NCBI GenBank assembly: GCA_037447605.1
Contig: CM074805.1
Coordinates: 4,745,361 to 4,809,360, forward strand
Origin: Zygnema circumcarinatum SAG 698-1b
Taxonomy: Eukaryota; Plantae; Zygnematophyceae
DNA length: 64,000 nucleotides
Direction: 5' to 3'
Shown here in pieces: positions 1 to 12,699 of this stretch. The notes under the pieces are model-generated. The model worked only from the letters and a program-made list of their open reading frames with translations, did no database searches and had not been told where the DNA came from. The position numbers and the translations under genes are program-made. The first letter of the stretch is position 1, and the number at the start of each line of letters is the position of its first letter.

Positions 1-2
1 AA

Positions 3-116
3 GCACAAGCTGCGAACCAAGTATACAACAGCTTCCATTGCCCGCAGTTCAACGGAATCACGGAGTTCTATGTCCGCCGCCGCGACGTAGAGACGTTCCG
101 AAACTGGCTCCCTTGA
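3..116 (+). CDS. Possible 3' end of a gene entering from the left edge
   Basis: Frame 3 is open from the window edge: AQAANQVYNSFHCPQFNGITEFYVRRRDVETFRNWLP*. Frame 2 is also open to 160. No family recognised. Confidence 0.25.
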   Translation, partial: AQAANQVYNSFHCPQFNGITEFYVRRRDVETFRNWLP

Positions 117-740
117 TGGCACACAAAGTGAGGATAGAACTCACTCGCTCTGCTCCGTAATGGGCTAAGTGGACCGATATGGGAACCGTCATTTTGGAGT
201 TTTCAGGGTGTAAGGGCTTTTGGGGTTTTTTGGGTTTTTGTTGGAACCCGCAGTCTGCTTATCACTCACTTTGTGGTTGGCCTTTAAGTCGGCCTTTAGT
301 CATGTACCTGAACATTTGCGAGGGATTCTATTGAGCTGAAAGCCCTATCAATTGAATCCTGGAAACCCTGACAATTGTAAGGGCCCCTGGAAAAGTCCAA
401 AGGTCAAACATGAATACTTGAGGATTTCAATTTGATGATTTTCGGTTTTAATGGCATTTGGGGTTTGAGGGGGGTGTTTGCAGGTGCATGCGGAGCCTCT
501 GGCAGATGTCCTTTTCAGCAGAGATGCCATTTTGACATCATGTTATGATGGGCATGTGAAGGTGTGGAGGAGGCCGAGTGGGGAGGGAGGGGGAGGGGTT
601 CTCTCAGGGAGTGAGGAGGGGGCGCCTTGGAAATCAAGTTCATCCTGAAAGAGCTCCGAGCCATAGAAAATATAACAAATAAGGGCCAGCTCTTGGAAGG
701 ATGTTTTTTGTTCATTTGTTTGGCTAATCGCCATCAATCC

Positions 741-840
741 TCTTCCCCCTCCTCCCTCCCNNNNNNNNNNCCCCCCCCCCCCCCCCTCCCCGCTCTCTCT
801 CTCTCTCTCTCCCCTCTCTCTTTCCCTCTCGGGCTCTCTC
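741..840. repeat. C-rich/(CT)n tract containing a 10-N assembly gap (761-770)
   Basis: Poly-C and CT repeats flank nnnnnnnnnn. Confidence 0.95.
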
Positions 841-2646
841 CATTTATCCTGTGAAAGGTCTCCTTTTGGGGTACGACCCATACTCTATGGCAGTAACCCT
901 ACTTTTGCCCTCTCGTAAGAATAATTTCTGTAGCAATCAAAGGGGGCCATTTGCAGCCTTTTTCCGAAGCGAAGGGCTGCCGATACATGTGGTGTGATCC
1001 TGTACCATGCTGTTCAGTTCAGTTTCAGCTTAATTCAGTCGGCGACTACGGACACTATTCTTTTGTGCTTTTTTTCTCGCTTGCTCCGTGATTCTGCGCA
1101 TTGAGAGTTGGTTTCTGTGAGTGGAAAAAACAGCTTTCAAGGCTGCGTCTCGCATTACCAGAAGTTTTTTATTAATACCGTTTTTTTTTTTTCTTCTTGC
1201 GCCTTATTTTTTGGGCCAAAGATGATGTCAGCATGATGGTATCGCACAAAGTAGGGCTGTTGGTGCAATTGGTGGCCGCAATAATGATTTTCATTTGGCA
1301 AAAGTCAACTCTGAAGCTGATATGAAGATAGCTTTATTGGCGTAGACGGCCGAATTTAGTACCGTAGCCATCAAACGACCAACCTGGTTTTAATCCATGA
1401 AGACGAGGCTAAACTTCAACTTGTTATGACGAGGGTGAGACGCGCAGTTCAACAATGGAATGCTCATTTCCTATCACGTGGTTAAGGAATTGGAGCCATT
1501 GTCATGCTGCGGGTGGCATGTGTCATTTTCGGATTACGGGCCTAAGGGCCATTGTGTAGGTGAGTCGAGTATAACTCGACCTTTTTTTGCCATTTTCCGC
1601 ACCTCTCCATTGAGAGAGGGATGGGAGATGGGGTCCTGGACTACCGCAATTTTTTTTTTGCAAAGTGACAGTTGTTTATTGATCTCCAAAAATTGATGCG
1701 GACAAGCCTCCAGGAAGGGGGTTGAACTCAACTCCTTAGACTTCTCGTGATCGACTGCCACTACAGCCCCACATTGGCCCCACGGGGTTAAGTGGAGAGC
1801 TCAGAAAGCTGAATCGAGTTCGGCTCAACTCGGCTCGCCCCAAAAAGGGAATGGCCCTAAGATACCCAAAGAGATGGTCAGCTTTCATCTTTCGCGTCTT
1901 TTTTCTAACAAACACCGCACACACAATTTACAATACACACGACCCACCAAGTGATTGTTTAACCATGGGGAGCCTCTTACCGTATGCGGTCTGAGGACTT
2001 ATTAGACATCAGTCAGTTGCTAATGCCTTCCTCCGTGCAGATGTCCAGCCTGCTACAGTGAGAGCCTCCCCATTCTATGCGTCCATTCAGAATTGCAGAT
2101 AACACTGGATATGGCACTGTGACCACCACGGGGCACCTGCGGACTTAACGTGTGAAGTATTACACGTGCCACAGCGAAAGGAGATTGGATGCGTGGGAAA
2201 GAGTTTCTGGCGGCTCCGAACGGGGCGCACCGCAGCGCTCGCAAAGCGTGCAACGCGAGAGAAGGCAGCTTCCTTTAGACCAATCGAAACGGCAATTGAC
2301 TGACAGTAACCCTCATTTGAAAGGTGTCAAACTTAACGGGATTTTTCGGTCTTGAAGTCATCACGAGTGTCTGTCGGCAGGGCGAATTGTACAATTCTGA
2401 AGGGTAGAGTATGTCCCTACTGAATAGCCATGAAAAGAAGCGAGAGAGGGAGAGAGGGAGAGAAAGAGAAAGAAAGAAAGGAAGAAAGAGAGGTAGAGTC
2501 GACTCTGGTAATCACAAAAAGAGGTGGAAACAGAGGACAATAAATAGAATTGAAAAATTGTTTCATCATCCTAATCCCCCAAGAGAGCCCCTCCCCGGTA
2601 CACTGCCCATAATAATTCAAAGTGCAAAAATCTCACATCCTATCAT

Positions 2647-5600
2647 TCATTCATTAATGTTGCATTGCTGGAGGAAGGGCAAGTCGTAGTCGACATACTT
2701 TGTCCAGTAGGGCTTGAATTTGGCTAAAGCGATGTCCAACCAGGGCTTCATGTTGCCGTTCCAGTGCACCACAGCAGCCCTACACGAGAGGCCAAAAGAA
2801 AGGAAAAAGGAAAATCAAAGTTCAGATCTTGCAATTTTGCGATTAAACACTACTCAAGGCCTCCATTCGTAAGACCCCTATCAACTTTGCATCTCTGGTC
2901 GTCCTGCAGTTTGTGAGTGAGGGGGACCGGGGGGTGGGGATTGGGAAGGAGTGGGGAGAGCTCCAGGGAGACGAGCAGGAGGAGGAAACAGGGAGGATAG
3001 GTGAGAGGAGCACGGGAGTGGAGATAGGGTAGAGGAGAGAAGACGACAGGAGGAGCCGGGGAGGCGGAGGGGGAGGGTAGAGTAGAGTAGAGCACGGTTG
3101 GGAAGTCTAACTTCATACAAATAGCATGAACAAACTGGAAGCTCAAATTATTAGTTATGTGGGCTGACAGAGGCACGCACTTATCAAGGTCGACTGTATC
3201 CATATTAGGGTTGTAGCCCAATCCAAGCACATGCCAGTGCTTGTCCAGGGGAAATGTTCGTTTGTAAAAGGTAATGAGCCCAGGAGGAAGAGTTCCCAAC
3301 TTCCATAACTGGCGGTCCTCATTCTGCAGAAAAAAAAAAAAAAAAAAAAAAAATCTACCAATCAGCAACGTTGTTGAACTTTCCGAAATTAGGGACTCGA
3401 CAGAGAGTATGCCTTTAGCATCAACTCTCCAGGCCTCGACATGTAATCAGCCTCAATACCATCCAACATAGAGTAGTTGGCAAAACATAGACCTGGCTAC
3501 GACTGTGTTTACAGCTACCATCGCAACCATTCACTTCGTCAAATAGACGATGCTATAAACTTGACAAGACAATGTCGGCTTGACAGCGATAGCAATGGGT
3601 GAACCTTCTCCATGCCCCAGTCCCCATCTTTTCAAACGCTCAGTCTCCCTTTTACAAAATGGCCAAAGCATTGACACAAGCGAGCTGCTCACCCGACTTT
3701 GCCAAAAATGGTAGATCCCTGTCATGTCAAGCTTTCTCCATGCTTTGAGATCAAAAACATTCATCCCATACGCCCATCCACAGGCCTGTAGTCACCCCAA
3801 AGATATCCCAGACGTTACCCCATGACATTGAAAAAAAATACCACCATCTGCAAAGAAACAAACACTCCTAGCAAACAGGCATGTCACTGCTCGCTTTCCA
3901 GTGACTGTTCAATTCCTATTCCGAAGTGCCTCATTTGAAGCGCCTTTCAGGGTCATGACTTTAGAATGAGCTACGATGCCTACTTACGTTAGAGATTTAG
4001 TCAAAGCAATAACAGAAGCAGCTAACATTCCAGAAATAGTCGTGCTGTCAAGTTATCAGTCACTTTGCATTAGATGTTCAAGTAAGAAAAAAGAAAAGGA
4101 TGGAAAATGAACCTGTGGATCAAAATTCTCTGCGATCAAGGGATGCGAGAAATTGAGGTATTTATCATAACGATGGAATGACAGTCCGCATGTTTCCACA
4201 GCTCCATTCACGTTCCCATTCAGATCCACCTATTCCAACCGGCCCCGAATTACACCATAGAGTTTCAGCTGATAATCCTGTCTAAGCTTGGCAGGAAGGG
4301 TAACATGTGAACAACCCAACAATCGTCCCAACAAACAGAGTCCAAACGAAAAACTGATGACCTCGAGCTGATCAAAAGGTCAGCATTCTATAGTCAAGAA
4401 TGAGACAGGCAATGAACAGACAAGGACACATCTGTCCAATATCAAGCTCAATATATTTCTCCAAATCTGGGTATCCAGTACAAAAATAAACGAAAAAGGC
4501 TGAATTCCAAATCAGCACTTGTCTCCTAGTTAACAGAGTCTGGGCACTACCTCCCATAGGGCCGTTAAGTCCTTTTGAACAACAATATCGTCGTCCACGA
4601 AAAGGACCTTGTCCAGAGCAGGATAGACTTCAGGGAGGTAGAAACGTAAGTGGTTCAACATGGACAAGTACTTGGGATTGCGATACTTTAAAAATTGTCC
4701 GTCTCCAGAGCCAAGCTTAGCCTGGAAATAGTACTCCTGCTCACAATTTCAGAAGGTTTTACGTTAATAGACTAAATTTGATGTTTTCCTATCGGATTCT
4801 CGTTAAGGTAACAGAAGGTCCGCTGCAGCACCGCAAGACATAAGGTAGAGGCTGCTTGCAACATAGCAACTCTTATTACGACCAGGCAATCAACCCATAC
4901 TAGAGCAAACATGCATATGAAATATCACGCGTGTTATGTAATTTTTTATTACTCGGAATGAACGAATCTAGTGCTGACCAAGGTAATAAGCATTTGCGAG
5001 AGACAATAGACAAGGGTTGGGTGCAATGATTGGTACCTTCATGGATGCTGTCTCAAGTTGGTGAAGCACAGGACAATATGAGGAATTCAGCCACTTGAAG
5101 TCGTCAATATTGGAAACTTCAAGTGTTGCTTCTTTTGGAGGATTCAACATGAACCACATCTACACGCCCAGTCCCAAAATCAGAGTTAAGCTTGCTCTAA
5201 AGTAGGCTATTAATCAGCCTAGTCGGCACAAATACCACTACCATTCAGTCCATGAACCTTGTTTAGCTTGTCCATGCCTGAAAGTTCCAAACATATAAAA
5301 TGAAATCACCTTCGTCAAGCACATGCAATACGAGAACGTGAGACATGTTCGCACCTTCATTGCACCATAATTTAGCCGATCTGTGACAATGTGAAAGACA
5401 TGCTTTGATGAGTCCTGCAACAAGACAACATTTACATTAGCTTGTGCAGATGAGCTTCTACCGGACAAAATAGCAAAAATACCCAGCGACCAGTGTCAAC
5501 AGACCACTACTCAATTTTATAAAATCTCCACCTGTCAAGGCAGGATTCTCACCAGAGCATTCGTGACAGTAGAGTTAACCACAACCGCTGCTGCAAGGAC

Positions 5601-8600
5601 GTTGTCAGAAAACAAGGCGTAATGATACAAGCTCTTGTTTTCCAAATTCAATTTCTTCCCTTTCCCAAGTAGCTCCTGTTGCTGTGGTGGAAGGCTGTAA
5701 TATTCGTTTGTCAAGCGAAGAGACAAACAATTGAGTCCCCTGGGAAGCATTTTGGCCGCAAGCTGACTCAGGTACGCACTCTGCTTTTTCAGAGTCCGAG
5801 CCTGCTCTTCCCCCAAACCACACAAAAGTAAGGTATTCTGCTGAAAGTCAGAACCTCGAAGTAGTAAGGGCTTCAATTCATTCTGGTTGACTTTAAGGAG
5901 ATAATGCTTCAATGCTTAGACCCATGTTTAGCACATCAAACTTCACTCTAGTTTCCGATAAAGAAATTTCCCGCTCTGATCGATGGCTTATTGACAATAT
6001 GCTTCAGAACTGGGAATCGATGCAAAATTAGACTGCTGACCTGGTCCTCCGCCGACTGTACTAATGCCCGCAGCTTCTTCACCATGGCTGTACAATCATA
6101 ATGCTGTTCCCGGGCCTTCACCAGGAGCTGGCCCATCACTCGCATTCGCTCCAATGCACTATTCACAGCCCGCATACACTCATGCATCAGACAGAAATAT
6201 GGCCATACATGTGGGAAGAGCGACAATTCCTCCACTTTCCGTCACAGTCTTGAAGCCCTGTTAAAACCCGGTGTTGAAGGAAATTTCAGACTTGAAGGCT
6301 TACTTTCCACCTCACAGACACTCATTGATGCAGACCGCTTAGTGCGTGTGCAGAAGTGGTTTTTTGATTCTCGTAACTGTTCTGACAAATGAATAGAGGA
6401 AAGGAAGCAAGTCGGACAACTCCAGCCGACTGACTTATCTCTGGCTGAAACAGGTAAAGACCATTTCAGCCTCCATCAGCAGTAAGCTGACACGCATGTT
6501 CCAATAAAAAATTAATGGAGATTGTGATGCTCACTTTGATGGTAATTCTGAGTCCTTCGTGATATCGCCCAAAGACTTCGTGCTCTCCTTTAGCCTCATC
6601 TTTAGCTCACGTGCCATACGAGAATCACCATGTTGCTGTGCTAATGATATGTAGGCTTGCGCCATAATATGCTGGTCTCGAATCACTCGCACAACCTGAT
6701 CCTCATTCTCATCGACCGGCTCGTCCTTCCTCCATACACTATATTTCTGCTGCTGAGAGACTCCCGCAGGAGGTAGCAAGCGAGCCTCTGCAGCTTGATT
6801 CGTCTGCTGTGCATCAACCTCTAAAGCAACTACATCTGACTCTGTCAATGCGGTTAGCTGTTTCGATCGGTGCTCCCGCCTTTCCAACCGTTGATCCTGC
6901 TAGACCAATCAGACAGAATGACTCCGCATCAATGTCGATGCCTTCACACCATTGTACATGATTATCCTATTAGCCGCTCGTAGACTGTTAGGCTTGACTG
7001 CAGCAGATCGAGAGTGCTCACAATCATGCAACCACCTCAACATATGCAATGAAGAAGTGATAATAGGTTCGGTTTTGGAAACCACGAATGGACTTCAAGT
7101 TCAACTCTTATACCCAGTTCAAATTTTAACTAACGACCACATTGGACAAAGCACACCATTTTTAAATATATGAACAGACAAATCGACAAATGTCAATGTT
7201 CTAAGGCTTTTCTCCGCGGGCATGTATGCAATGCCAAGTACAAATCCTCACCTTTCGAGCCTTCCATGCTGGATCACTTTGGTTAACTTTGGGTGGCTCC
7301 AGAACCAGAGTTCCATCATCTACCTCTACCTTTTCCTTCCCTGGGCAAACCCCAGCAATTGCTAATCAGGGAACTGCTGGTCAATTAAGCAAAGCAACGT
7401 TCAATGTGAAGGAGAAGAATAAGTCCCCTTGTTCCTAAATGAGACCACGCCAGGATTAATGCCCACATCATCAATGGTATCAAAGTAAAATACTCTCTGT
7501 ACCTGATGCAATTGTTAAAACCAAGCAAAATTCAAATCATACCTTCATAGACCAGATTACCATTTACACTTGCGTCAATAGTTTTCACTGCCCCATTGCT
7601 GTGAGGCTTTATTAATGATACTGTATCGGTTTCACTAGCCCTTGAATCTCGTGACAAATCCTCCTGTTCAACTGTTGTGATACCATTCGCGGTAAGCTGT
7701 TCAGCCTGTGATACACCACAAAACACTGCATTGAGTTTCAAGCCTTGAATGCAAGTCCCTGCGATATTTGCTACTTCATTTCTCTTCCATATTAGGCCTA
7801 CACATGCCCAAAAAGCAGCAGTGTGCTATCTGAGAAAGAAAAATAAAGTTACCTCCTGAAGTGGAGTAAGCCGATTAGGCAGCACACCAGACGATAAGAG
7901 CCCTTGCTTTATCTCTAATGAGTCGGAACTGATCCCCGCCTCCGCATGCTCTACAACTTCTAACACCTGTAAGCCGAGCAAACCCACGCCAGCCACCAGA
8001 CTAGCTTGATCAAGGCGAACAGAGAGATCCAAAAAACGACAGATTCTGAGACACAAAAAGTGTGTAGACTTGTAGAACAAGTGACACCAAAGATATCTGC
8101 AAAGACGTGCTTAGCGAAGTCTGTGGAGAAGTCAACATGCCTAAGGAATATAAATGAAACCGGACAGATGTTGAAAACAATGCAACTAGGACAAGTACTC
8201 CACTGATTATATGGTACACGTCATATTGAAGTACTCACTCTCCTCTTTTAAGGAGAACCAATGAATAACCCTTCGACCGCTCACATAAGGATTTACAAAT
8301 GATGATGTGAACCCACAAGTACTTTAGCTCCGATAAGCTCTACTGTCAGACCGCCATTCTGCCAAACATAAGACGCTCAAATCCCTCGAATGGAAGGCTT
8401 GATTGACTGCCATTATGCTATTATGAAGGGCGTTATTTTAGAAGGAATGTCAAAAAAGGTTAACAGTACATAGACGGACTACTACAGTTGCTTGATAATT
8501 AGGCCCCTCAAACGACAGTATAGAAGACTCTGCGCACTGTCTAGAAAATATGCTAGATACGACTCAGTATGCAAGAACACATGGTTTGCCGTAAGTTTCC

Positions 8601-9589
8601 ATTCTGGGCATAGATTTCTCTGGCAACCGTATCAATTCTGAAACCGATTGCAATTCACGGAAAGGCATTCGTAACGACAGGCCCTACCTCCTTCGGAAAC
8701 AAACCTCGTAGCTCCTCAAGAGTTTCTTTCTCTCTCTGTTCAGCGGCGATTCTCTGACAACCCATGACCAATGCTCATCAACACAGGATATATGCAGAAG
8801 TAACATTCAACTCCTCAGCCCACTATCATATGACAGGACATCCAGGCCTTCGAGCATTGAAACTCCAACTTAAATTAAAAGTGAACATTCTAATGCTGGA
8901 CGCACGCATTACATCGACCTTGAGTCAACAAAATCCCTGAAGGTAATAAATATGAAACAAGTTCGTGATACGAACTTGCGGTTTGCTAGGCTGTATCAAG
9001 CAGGCCCAGACAATATGCGCTAAACCAATCCCTGTTCACGTGTAGGGGGTTGTTCTGTTTAATGTGAGCCGCAATAACGAAAAAGCATTTGCTGAATACT
9101 GTGCAGTGGTCTAACGTTTGCTACTGCCAGAAACATTGCGAGGATCATGGACAGTACCTGCGACACCAAGCCATTGTCGTCTAATTCGCCTGCGAGAAAC
9201 AAAGCATAAATGAAGGAACGAAATAGAAGTGAACATAAGCGACATTCAAGCTGATCATAAACAAGCCTCCAACCAAGATGAGGTTGAAAAGAAGGCATCT
9301 CGCAATGAACACCTCTAGTAAACATGCCTAATCCACCGTTGTGTAGCCTAAGCCAAACAATTATCTCGGATACCAGAAGTAATTAAATCTGAATGAGACT
9401 TTCCTCCTCGAAAAAAACCAGGGACAAGTGAGAGTTGAACTCACCGGCATCTAAGGAAATCAACCCTGTGAATCTTCCAGATAGATAGTAGGGTGCCAGG
9501 CAGACACACAAGAAGAGAGAAATGAATCCGGAATATCGAAATGCCCGGTTTCGGAGTCGAGCGTTCCCAAATTTCTTGGCAGGTGGCAT
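2647..9589 (-). CDS. GAUT1: Galacturonosyltransferase, GT8 family, GAUT1-like (homogalacturonan synthesis); 17 coding exons, ~731 aa
   Basis: In-frame exon chain: 9589-9445, 9189-9158, 8753-8705, 8342-8323, 7966-7853, 7705-7543, 7340-7252, 6896-6535, 6158-6041, 5801-5553, 5414-5355, 5159-5037, 4736-4551, 4229-4113, 3785-3693, 3323-3181, 2779-2647 (2196 nt). Motifs: N-terminal TM (FISLFLCVCLAPYYL), KYSVWRK, LYHYALFSDNVLAAAVVVNST, KYRNPKYLSMLNHLRFYLPEVYP, DDDIVVQKDL, ACGWAYGMN, LWKLGTLPPGLITFY, HWNGNMKPW. The three small N-terminal exons are less certain. Confidence 0.95.
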
Positions 9590-9601
9590 TCTTCCAAAAG
9601 C

Positions 9602-9673
9602 TTATACATCTGCTGCCTCTAGACGAACTGTCGAAACTCTAGAGCAAACAGCCACTTCCTTCAGGCAGTTCAT
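9602..9673 (-). promoter_or_regulatory. Upstream ORF in the GAUT1 5' leader (23 aa)
   Basis: ATG at 9673 gives MNCLKEVAVCSRVSTVRLEAADV*, ending 12 nt before the GAUT1 ATG. A second, out-of-frame ATG at 9609 overlaps the main start. Confidence 0.5.
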
Positions 9674-9956
9674 GTCCGTGGAAGTCTACAAGTAGCAGAT
9701 GGCCGGAACGCGCTTCCCTACAATGATTTCAAGCACGGAATGAATGAAAAAAAGCAAAGGTTGATCTCCAGCTATTCGTGGCATTCTTGATGAGAATGAG
9801 ATGCTGCTGTCGCCGAGTCAATTCTGGTGACAATCTCTCTCTCTGCAATGTGGATCAACCAAAGAAGCCCGAGCAAGCTGCCATTCTTTTCCTTCCTAAA
9901 ATCAAGATAAATCACCTCCTCTGCCAGTCACAGATAACGTCAGCTCCTTCATCAAC

Positions 9957-10310
9957 AAACCCTAATTTCTTGTAAGCAAGCTTAGAATATTGCCATGCAG
10001 GGAACCTTACAAGCTTTCACCTCTGCTTTGAAATGAATCCCTCCAAATTAGGGTTTTCGTACGGTTCCGAACCTCCACCGAACCTCATACCGTACGTCAG
10101 ATCGCATCAGACCGTACGACCGTAGAATTTGTACCTGCTTTACCAGACGAGAACTGCGAAGGACAAAAGGTTGATCTGAACAATCTCCGTCTGTTAACCC
10201 ACAAAATCGAGGTCGTAGTCTGCAATTCTATTGGATATTCCACAGTATACCCTTCTTCGAATGTCGAACCCACCAGTACGGCGTCGGTTGGATACAGTTA
10301 TGTACGGTAC
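9957..10310. promoter_or_regulatory. GAUT1/orphan shared leader-promoter region: two telo-boxes and a GTAC cluster
   Basis: AAACCCTA 9957-9964, TAGGGTTT 10049-10056, and seven GTAC cores between 10058 and 10310. Confidence 0.55.
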
Positions 10311-10477
10311 ATGATTCTCTTTTGGATTTTCCGAACCTTTCCCGAACCAGATGTTTGGTTTGCCTTGTCTTTTGCTGCTTCCTTGGCTCTTGCGCTCGCA
10401 GGAAGTGACAGAGGGAGGGAGAGGTGGGGGAGAGAGGGAGAAAGAGAGGAGAAGCTGAGAACCATGCGGGGGCCGCC

Positions 10478-10990
10478 ATGGTGCCGTTGCTGGTGTATAC
10501 GTACCATCGGAGACCACAATGGCGGGCCCCCATAGCTTTCCTGATAGTATTCATCCTGGTCGCGCCATTGGTGCTGCTCTACTTGGTACCGCTGCCTCGG
10601 ACGCTGGTCTCTCTCCAGCAGCGGGAGTCCCTGCACCTCACCATTCCTCTCTTCAGCTCGGCTAACTGGACAGTGACAGTTCCTTGGCCCTCGGACTTTT
10701 TCCAGTTTAGGGTTCCGTTCAGTCGTGCATCACAGAACAATGCAGCAGAGATCTTCGTGCCAACAGCTTCCCCAGCTGCGGCTCCTATGCTGTCCGACGG
10801 CGCTCCTGGAGATCCTTCTGCTGGGACTCTTGAGGCTCCTCCGCCACCTGTGACGGCTTATCACTCGAGAAAGCAGCAATATTCCGTGCGTATTTCAAGT
10901 GATGTTGCGCTTCCAGTTTCGACTCCAGTTTCATCGCCAGTTCCAGCTACGGCTTCAGGTGCAGCAGGATCTGCTGAGCAGCCTACTTAG
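10478..10990 (+). CDS. Orphan 170-aa type II membrane protein with a Pro/Ser/Thr/Ala-rich (AGP-like) lumenal tail
   Basis: Perfect Kozak context GCCGCCATGG at 10478. Basic HRRPQWR is followed by hydrophobic APIAFLIVFILVAPLVLLYLVPL, then NWT, PTASPAAAP, APPPP and STPVSSPVPA. Divergent from GAUT1. Confidence 0.6.
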   Translation: MVPLLVYTYHRRPQWRAPIAFLIVFILVAPLVLLYLVPLPRTLVSLQQRESLHLTIPLFSSANWTVTVPWPSDFFQFRVPFSRASQNNAAEIFVPTASPAAAPMLSDGAPGDPSAGTLEAPPPPVTAYHSRKQQYSVRISSDVALPVSTPVSSPVPATASGAAGSAEQPT

Positions 10991-11926
10991 TGCACGGAAA
11001 CACACGAAGGGGGTTCTTTGAAGGCGACTGGATACAAAAAATGTTTGTTTTGATTTAGAGGAGGTGAAGCACATCCGCCATTTACTTGATGAAATTTTGT
11101 TAGGCAAATAGAGCAGCCATGTGTATGGGGCATGCCCTTCCTACGGCCTCGATCGTACAGGGTTCAGGCAATGCCATTTTTTTATTCTCAGTTAGAATCA
11201 GGTTCAATAAGCTAAAAGCATGGCAAATGTGTGGAAATCAGCGGAATTTAGAAGTCCCTGGTAATGGAAGTGAAGCCAGGAGCTCGACGGGACACTCTGG
11301 ATGATGAGGAAACCCATTCCTGGAACATAGTCGTGAGTAACTTCTGCCTCGTTTAAATTCCATTGCATCTATCCATTATTTAAGAAATTATCGATCTTTG
11401 ATGCAGTTATTTGTTTCACTTTAGTTTGGTTTCATCTTCAAGTATTTTTCAGTGAGCTGCCGGTCTGTGAGATCTCACTCGTGAAGCTGGGGAGGACTGT
11501 CAAACAATGTGTCAGACTGCTGGTCGGAATTGGATGATGCAGTCCACTATCTTCATTGTCATTTGTCCCTTGCTAGCTTAATCTAGGGTAGTGTTCAGAT
11601 CTTGTACGTGTAGCATTTTATTTGTTGCATCTTTGGTTATTGAAAGAAGTGCTGACGTATTACTTTTGGAAAGAAGTTGCAGATGAGATAAGGGCCTTCA
11701 ACCACTTCCGAAGCACAAGATATTAGTCTACAACCGACGCAGAAGGCGTATTTGGGGCTCGTATGCTCTTGAGCGTGAATAATCCTGGCAACAAATTCAT
11801 TCCGTTTTTTCGAGTTCTTCGCTCGTAGAAGAACGCAATTTAATGTCTATTGCAGGCAAGAAGAGTAGTTGCTTAGCTAGGTAGGATAAATTGGTCGCGA
11901 ACATTTTCCTCCCTTTTTTTACTGGG

Positions 11927-12105
11927 AAACCCTAAGCAGCTGGATTTTTCATGCCTCCTATTTCTCTTCTTGCTGTCCCTATTGGTTCCCGCACACTTGC
12001 TGAAGGTCTATCTTTGCAAGCCTGTTGCAGTAGCGCTCAGAGCAATTCTCTCTCTCTCCCTCTCTCCCTCTCTCTCTCTCGTTCTCTCTCTCTCTCACTC
12101 TCTCT
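11927..12105 (+). promoter_or_regulatory. Telo-box followed by a (CT)n tract; likely upstream TSS/5' UTR exon of the BAR-like gene
   Basis: AAACCCTA 11927-11934, CT microsatellite ~12047-12105, and donor AAG|GTAAGG at ~12281. Confidence 0.45.
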
Positions 12106-12699
12106 CGCATTGCTTCTGTGGCTTAGACAGTCCCTGACCTTTGTCTCTTTCTTGTTTTCCATTAGCTCTTTTCCAAGCTCATTGGATTGGAAAAACAATA
12201 GTTTTACGCAGTTCTCGTTCAATTTTTTTTAGTATCGGAGGTTAGCTCAGAGAGTTTAAAATTTAGCTGGAAGTTTGCAAGGTAAGGTTCTTAATTCATT
12301 TTTTTCATCATGGGCTAGCGCTCGAAATTGATTCTGTATTTCGATTGTTCGTTTTTTCTTTATGGAGCATTGTTTAATTATTCTTTTTTCCTTGCAGTGC
12401 TTTGGGGGATTACCATAAGTGCTTTGAAGCTCAATCGCTTCTAATGCTTGATTTTTTGGAAACAAAATGAAGCAAGAAATGTGACAGGCATTTTTCATCT
12501 CTATCATTTTTCAATTGCCTCCCTCAAAAGGATTGCCATGGCTCATGTAACTGATATTGTAATTATTCCTATATTTATTCTTTTGAATAAACTTTTGGCC
12601 TCGCATACATGTAAATGCCGTTTGGTAGTTAGGCCCTTTTGTTTGGCTCTTCCACCAATGCAGAAGCAGATTCCAGCTCACAGCCTTTTCCGGTTGTCC

